This document shows positions 57,742 to 64,000 of a stretch of 64,000 nt of DNA, piece after piece. The position numbers and the translations under genes were made by a program. The stretch comes from Azolla caroliniana (taxonomy: Eukaryota > Plantae > Polypodiophyta), in the NCBI GenBank assembly GCA_043228905.1, contig JBHGNT010000003.1, forward strand, positions 8,990,001-9,054,000, read 5' to 3'. How positions within the stretch are numbered: position 1 is the stretch's first letter; each line of letters starts with the position of its first letter. The notes under the pieces were generated by a model. It searched no databases. It was not told the origin of the DNA and was given only the letters and a program-made list of their open reading frames with translations.

Positions 57742-60700
57742 AAGTCGGAGCCGAAAACCGGCAGTCGAAAACCGACACGGAAGGCTGGTATTGTGGCAAG
57801 AAAGGCCACATAGAGAGCGAGCGTTCGAAGAAGCGTGCCGATTCAGATAAATCTGGATCCGGCAAGGCCAAACAAGGGAATCGGCAAAGCTCGCACTACG
57901 CAGAAGGATCGAAAGGATCCGGAACTAGGAAAACCGGAAAAGAGTTAGTCTTCGTGATGAAGCACAAGGCGAACTCGATGAAGAAGACCACTTCCGGATC
58001 GGAGGAAGTATGGTATGTTGATTCCGGTGCATCTAACCATATGACAAGCCATGAAGAGTGGTTCTCGTTTTTAGAGAAACTGGAACAACCGGGGATTGTC
58101 GAAACCAGAGACGACACCCCTCACCCAATTGTGCATGTCGGAGAAGTTCCTTTAAGCCATGTCGGACAAAAGGGAAAGTTGATGAATGTATTACACGTTC
58201 CAACTATCACAAAGAACATGGTATCTTTCAGACAAATAGTCGACCAGGGAATGCAGGTGCGGTTTACGCACCTTGGGTGCTTCATCGAGGAAGAAGGCCG
58301 AATAATTGCACAAGGGCGCAAAGAAGGGAGGATGTTCATCCTCAACACAAATGATGTTGGCACCACCATGTTTGCCAAAGAACAGAAGATTGAATCGGAC
58401 ATCGATCTCTGGCATAAGATCGGCCACGTCAATTACCGAAGGCTTCAAGATCTGCAATTGAAACAAGTTGTGTTCGGATTGCAGAAGTTTAGTGGCCGGA
58501 AGGCCCAAATATGTGAAGCCTGCCAACTCAGGAAGCAAAACCGGCTTCCATTCCCCACCGAATGAAACCGGAGCCGTAACAAGCTCGATCTAATCCATTC
58601 GGATGTATGGGGACCGACACAGAATGTTAGTCTTCGCAGGAGTCGGTATTTCATCTCCTTCATCGACGACTACAACTGGCACACGTGGATCTACCTCATC
58701 GAGAAGAAAAGAGAAGTGTTAGACTATTTCCGGAACCTTCAACGCTTAGTCGAAACGGAATTCGGAGAGAATTCAATTGCCGATACACACCGGAACAAAA
58801 CGGTGTGGCCGAAAGAAAGATCCGGTCGATTGTCGACACGACAAGGGCAATGCTAGAGGAGAAGAGCATGGCCAAATTCTACTAGGCTAAGGCGTTTTGG
58901 ATGGCCGTCTACCTCCAAAACCGGATTGGTGACGAGGTGTCAGTACATGAGCTCTATTTCGGGCGGAAGCCGAATTTGAGACACCTTCGGATATTCAGTA
59001 GCATAACATATGTGCATGTACCATATGAGAAGCGGAGGAAACTGGATCCAAAATCGGAGAAGTGCATACTCGTCGGCTACTTGCATGAATAGAAGGGGTA
59101 TAAGTGTTATAACCCCTAGACTAAACAGGTACGAGTAAGTTGAGATGTCGAGTTTGATGAGTTGGCGTCATGGTACTCTCTACCAACTCCAACTCTCGAC
59201 GAAGTCCCGATTCCTAAAGATGAGGCTAGTGAGCCCGAAGAGGTCCAGGTAGAAGATGAAGACTTCGGTTCTCTAGATGAGAGTCCAATCGCATTCCAGC
59301 TAAGTGGGCCGAATGAGTGGCTGAGTCGGGATGACTAGTCGGATGAAGAACCGACAATTAGTGGAGACTCTATCGTGCTCTCCCCGCGCAAGGAACTGAG
59401 GAGACGGTTCACGCGCAAAGAGAAGGGGAAGAAGAAGATGCTGGAATACGATACTAGTAGTGAAGGGTCGGATCGGAGCGAATCTGACCCCAGAAAGGGA
59501 AAAGGCGGATCTTCAGAAATGAAGCCCGTACCGGCCAAGAAGGGACTTAAACCGGGTAATGACAAGTTACATTGGTCAACCCGCCAGAAGAACCCTGTCA
59601 AGAGGTACGGGTATAATGAGTACATGGCGCATCACTATGCGTACATGACTAAGGTGGCGAAAGTGCGTGAGCCGGAGAACTACGTAGAAGTAGCAAAAGA
59701 CGCAAATTGGCGTGCTGCTATGGAGGAAGAAATGTGGGTACTTGATGCCAACGACACATGGGATCTGGTTTACCCTCCCCGATAGTGTAAACCGATCAGA
59801 TGTAAGTGGTTATATAAGGTGAAGTACAATGCCGACGGTTCGGTCAACCAGTACAAAGCCTGATTAGTGGCGAAGGGATACGCATAGATCCACGAAATCA
59901 ACTATGACGACACCTTTGCTCCGGTAGCGAAGATGACGACGGTTCATGTGGTCTTGGCTATTGTTGCGGCAAGGGGGTGGCATCTTCACCAAATGGACCT
60001 GAAGAATGTGTTTCTTCAAGGTAACCTTGAAGAACGGGTCTATATGATCCAACCCCCTAGTTTCCAATCGGAGATGAACAAGTCGGCAATGTGCCGACTC
60101 AAGAAGTCGCTTTATGGTCTGAAGCAAGCCCCCCGAGCTTGGAATGAGAAGATCACACATCGGTTGCGTAAGATGGGGTTTGCGGCCTCGAAGTTCGACT
60201 TGTCACTGTTCATCCGGAACAGTCCGGGCAGTCCGGTTTATATCCTACTATATGTAGATGATTTAGTCATCACCTGACCCGGACTTAATGAAATCGGCCG
60301 AGTGAAGTCCCAATTGTCGAACGCATTTGAAACGAAGGACCTGGGGAACCATTATTTTCTTGGGATCGAGGTGATCCGGACCCTCAACGGCATATTGCTC
60401 TCACAAAGACACTATGTGTCGAATGTGTTGTACAAGTTCGGCATGATGGAATGTCGACCGATCTCCACACCCCTAGACCGAAACCTGAAGCTACGTCCCA
60501 ACTCCGGCCCAGCCTACGATGAGAAACGGTTCCGACAAATTGTCAGAAGCCTTATATACTTGAGGATCACCCGACCAGACATCAGTTATCCAGTCGGGGT
60601 GATCAACCAGTTTATGTAGAAGCCGACCGTGGAGCACCTTCAATGCGCGCATCAACTATAGCGATATGTGAGCGGCACGAAGGACCGTGGACTGTTATAC

Positions 60701-60899
60701 CGACATGGTATAGCCGGGAAGCTAATTGGATATACCAATGCCGACTGGGTTGGTGATGCATCGGATCGCCGATCCACCTCCGGTTACATGTTTTCTCTTG
60801 GTAGTGAGACTGTTGTGTGGAGCAACAGAAAGCAGCCAACAGTGGCTCAATCAAGTACTGAGGCTGAATATCGGGGCACTACCATTGCCACCTATGAAG

Positions 60900-60935
60900 T
60901 AGGGATCGGCAACGGTTCGGTTTGGGCTTAGCCGG
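60900..60935 (+). mobile_element. Left end of a probable hAT MITE, cut by Gypsy-B
   Basis: TAGGGATCGGCAACGGTTCGGTTTGGG starts exactly where the copia RNase H frame breaks; it resembles Ac-like TAGGGAT termini with GGTTC/GGTTT subterminal motifs. Confidence 0.55.
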
Positions 60936-61582
60936 TGTCGTGAAGTACGAAAGCTTCACATCAAATGGCGATCATGCATCACATGCATTTCATGCACTAC
61001 ATGCATGACTTGTACCCTCCAATGCATCATATGCATGGGGGCACCTATTTAAGTGGTAAAAGAGAAGATCAAAGGGGGATGGGTATGAGATATCAATCAA
61101 ATATATATTACATAAGAGATACCATAAAATAGAGAAAGAAAGGAAGAAGTTCAAGATAAAGGTGGAGCTCTAGCTTGGCGGTCGTGGTGGTCAACTCTCA
61201 ACAAGAGGGAGGCGGTTCGAGCCTTATCTTCATCAAAATATTGAAGTGAAGATTGTAGTGGTCTACGATCAAGAAAGAGAAGAGCGATTACCTTTCAAGA
61301 CAAAGTTCGAAGGGTCGACGACGTGTACAATCATTTTGTAACTCTTTCATGAAAATGATTATAAATTTCATACACTTTCTCATATATTATTTTATATCTT
61401 ATCTTGTCTTATCTTATATTCCTTAAAAATTCTATTTTGTCATATCTTATTGATCTTTATTCACTCTATCTCTACTCTTTCGTCTCTTCCGTCCATAATC
61501 CTTGTGATTCCTTCCTCACTTTCACGTTATCCTTTGTGTGCGCAACGCTACGCTTCTAAGCGAGCCACATCACGACACAATT

Positions 61583-61600
61583 TGGTGAACCCGACGTGAA
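61583..61600 (+). promoter_or_regulatory. PBS, tRNA-Trp
   Basis: TGGTGAACCCGACGTGAA, complementary to the plant tRNA-Trp 3' end as I recall it (...TTCACGTCGGGTTCACCA). Confidence 0.82.
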
Positions 61601-61644
61601 ACGGGGAAGTAGAAGAGACATCTAAAGTAAAGATCAACATCAAC

Positions 61645-63820
61645 ATGGCAAGTACGAGTACAATGGATCCGGTAATGTTGTTTATTGAAAAGTTGAATCA
61701 AGATCGATTATTTCATGCCTTACGAGAAGTTCGAGAGAAGATTGGTATGTTTGATGGCACAAATATTTCGAAGTATGTGAATATATATTATGATGAAATG
61801 GAAATGTTTGGTATAAATGGTGTCAATATGATAGCAAACTTTTATAAATTAGTGGACATGGAATTAAGAGATAGAATTCATGAAATACAAGCATTGCATA
61901 GTTTGGATTGGAATGCATTCAAAGAAGCACTTGTGTCTGAATATGCTCGTGAGGATTTCTCTCGAGTTACTATGCGTTCATTTCATGAATGGATCTTAAA
62001 AGAAGATAAAGGGTTATCTGTGTCTGACACAAAAAAAAGAGTTTGATAGGATGTATGGACACCTAAAGCCAGAAGAAAGAAATTCTTTGTCTTGGCAAAA
62101 GGTTGCTTTATTTTTGCAGGCAGTTGACAAGAGATATAGAAAAGAATTGGAATTTATGCTTGAAGTGCCAAATACCGAGGATGGTATAACGACAGATTGG
62201 AATGAGGTAACAAATGCGTGTAATAAATTTATGAAAAGAATGCAAAGGAATGGTGTAATGCTACAAATACCACATGTGGGAAACACAAATCGGCTTGAGC
62301 AAAACATTGAAGTTCAAAGACTTGGTCGAGAACCATCACACGAAATGGTCCATCAACCACGAGAAATGACGGGAACTAAGAGTGAGTTTTTGCTTGATGA
62401 TTTAGTTCAAAGTATGAAAGATCTAACAATTAAAGTGGAAAAGCTTGAGAATGGTCAGACTTCGAGGTCAAGGGAACCATTTCGACCTCGATGCATGTGG
62501 TGTGATAGTCTCGAACATCGTCTACGTGATTGTGAAGAATATAAAGACATGGAGAATCGGGACTTGGTCTATTGGAAAAATGGTAACATTTACTTAACTG
62601 AAACTAGAACTCCGCTTACAAAGAACTTTGGTGATGGTGGTGTTAAGGTTAAATTTGAAGAAGCTGAAGCAAAGAAGGCTTCCGCAATGTATTACTCAGT
62701 AATGGCAGGAATGCGCCTCGATGACATGCCATCCCGATCATCATTCTGGGAGAAGGTTGTAAGTACCGCACAAAAGCAAAAGATGAAGATGGAAGACCTT
62801 CGTGTTGCCGGAGATTCTGTGAGGAAAAACACTAGATGGGATGTTCCAGTAGATGTTATGACAGTCTATGCTCAGATGGTAGAACACCAAGAGCATGAGG
62901 TGATAGTGGAAGAAAAAAGGAAAAGATCGGATGATGAGATTGGCTCAACCAAAAAGCATGAAACAAGAGAAAGAAAAAGAAAAGAGATGGACGCAAAAGT
63001 TGAAAAAGGTAAATCTGGTCCTTCATTCAAATTAATGTCTGATATTGAAAAGGATACAGATTTAAAGAAAGTTTTAGAAACAAGAATACTAGACAGTCGA
63101 GTAGAATTTACACTAAGAGAAGTGTTAGGTATTGCAAAAAAGGAATTTCATGATGAAATAATTGATATTGTGCGAAGAAAGAAGCAAGTAAATGAGCAGG
63201 TTAAAGAGACAAATCCGAAGGTGGCATATGAAGTGGTGAGCAACGAGTCAAACAATATCGTTGTTGACTCTCAACATGCATCAACCTCAATGATAAATTC
63301 AACAGATGTAAGAAGCCATTACTCTCGCAAATGTTGGGCAAGAGCCACTAATGAGCATCATGTGAAGATTGAAAATGTTCCAGACCCCGTGATGGCACTT
63401 ATTGATCATGGTTCTGAAATAAATATAATGAGTGCTGATTTTTACAGGAAAGGTAGATGGCCAATTGATACTCAACATGGTTGGCGAGTAAAAGCTGCCA
63501 CATCAGTCACGGAAGATTTATTTGGTCCATGCCCAAATGTAAAGGTTACTATTGGTGATATAGAGGTAGATCAACATTTCTTTGTGCAGGAAGGATCTAC
63601 CTATCCAATAATCCTGGGCCAACCATACATTACAGCGGTACGAATGGAGACCAAAGTCCTCGACAATGGTTCTACCTATGCGAAAATCCGTAGCCAAGAT
63701 GGATGACGAACTGTACAATTTATGACAGTTCGCCCAAATCATGAGAGGAACAAGCAAGAGCTTCGTGATCATTCAATACCAAAAGATTGTGATGATTTTG
63801 ATAATCAAGTTTTTGACTAG
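61645..63820 (+). pseudogene. Gypsy-B gag-protease
   Basis: ORFs 61645-62046 and 62051-63706 are joined by a frameshift near the A8 run (62031-62038); the frame continues past TGA 63704 to TAG 63818. Confidence 0.8.
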
Positions 63821-64000
63821 GACTGTTGCGAGTGAGGGTTGCAATAGTCCCATTATTAAAAGACCCTCATATAGGGCATTACAACATATGAATAAGTCAT
63901 TTCATGTTTCTGAAAGTGGTGCTATATGTGTGACTAGGATGTATGAATGCAAGAGGAACTTGAAAAAGAATGCTAATCTGTTTCAGCATGCATTGAAGGA

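Larger units (their letters stand above)
44308..60899 (+). mobile_element. Degenerate Ty1/copia (Copia-4), split by a gypsy insertion at 45574-57741 and cut off in RNase H at 60900
   Basis: LTR ends TTTTACA at 44760 (start approximate); PBS TGGTATCAGAGC 44761-44772; gag ATG 44857. Resumes at 57747 with WYCGKKGH, WYVDSGASNHMT, IN, RT (YVDDL), SSTEAEY. gag is related to Copia-3. Confidence 0.92.
60936..64000 (+). mobile_element. Ty3/gypsy retrotransposon (Gypsy-B), 5' part
   Basis: LTR 60936-61577 with TGTCGTGA...TCACGACA termini; PBS; gag with CMWCDSLEHRLRDC knuckle; protease LIDHGSEIN. Superfamily inferred from the gag and protease style because pol is outside the window. Confidence 0.85.

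Noticed and set aside
62031-62050. Programmed ribosomal frameshift in Gypsy-B
   Set aside because: It falls within the capsid region, not at a gag/pol border; a homopolymer indel or sequencing error is more likely.

Overview
Eukaryotic, plant nuclear DNA. A fern or other non-seed land plant is my inference from the retroelement types and the LQPPxG form of the PGG motif. The window is dominated by nested LTR retrotransposons. Host genes: (i) three intronless paralogues (5273-6265, 21160-22176, 26905-27885, all +) encoding ankyrin-less PGG-domain (ACD6-type membrane domain) proteins; (ii) one 9-exon C2-VASt-C2-GRAM-VASt gene (33423-42501, -), with every splice junction resolved by hand (1074 aa). 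Mobile DNA: six Ty1/copia elements (three with matching or near-matching TSDs), two Ty3/gypsy elements, further LTR relics, a complete 675-bp hAT MITE, a truncated hAT end and a tRNA-derived SINE-like head. The most unusual signals are: a gypsy element whose polypurine tract is replaced by a copy of the tRNA-Arg 3' end, so PBS-like sites sit in inverted orientation inside both LTRs; a near-perfect inverted triplication of the third PGG gene's promoter carrying five W-boxes; a clean Gag-capsid swap between copia families; and large orphan ORFs carried by LTR elements. All coordinates and counts were made by eye and no database search was run.
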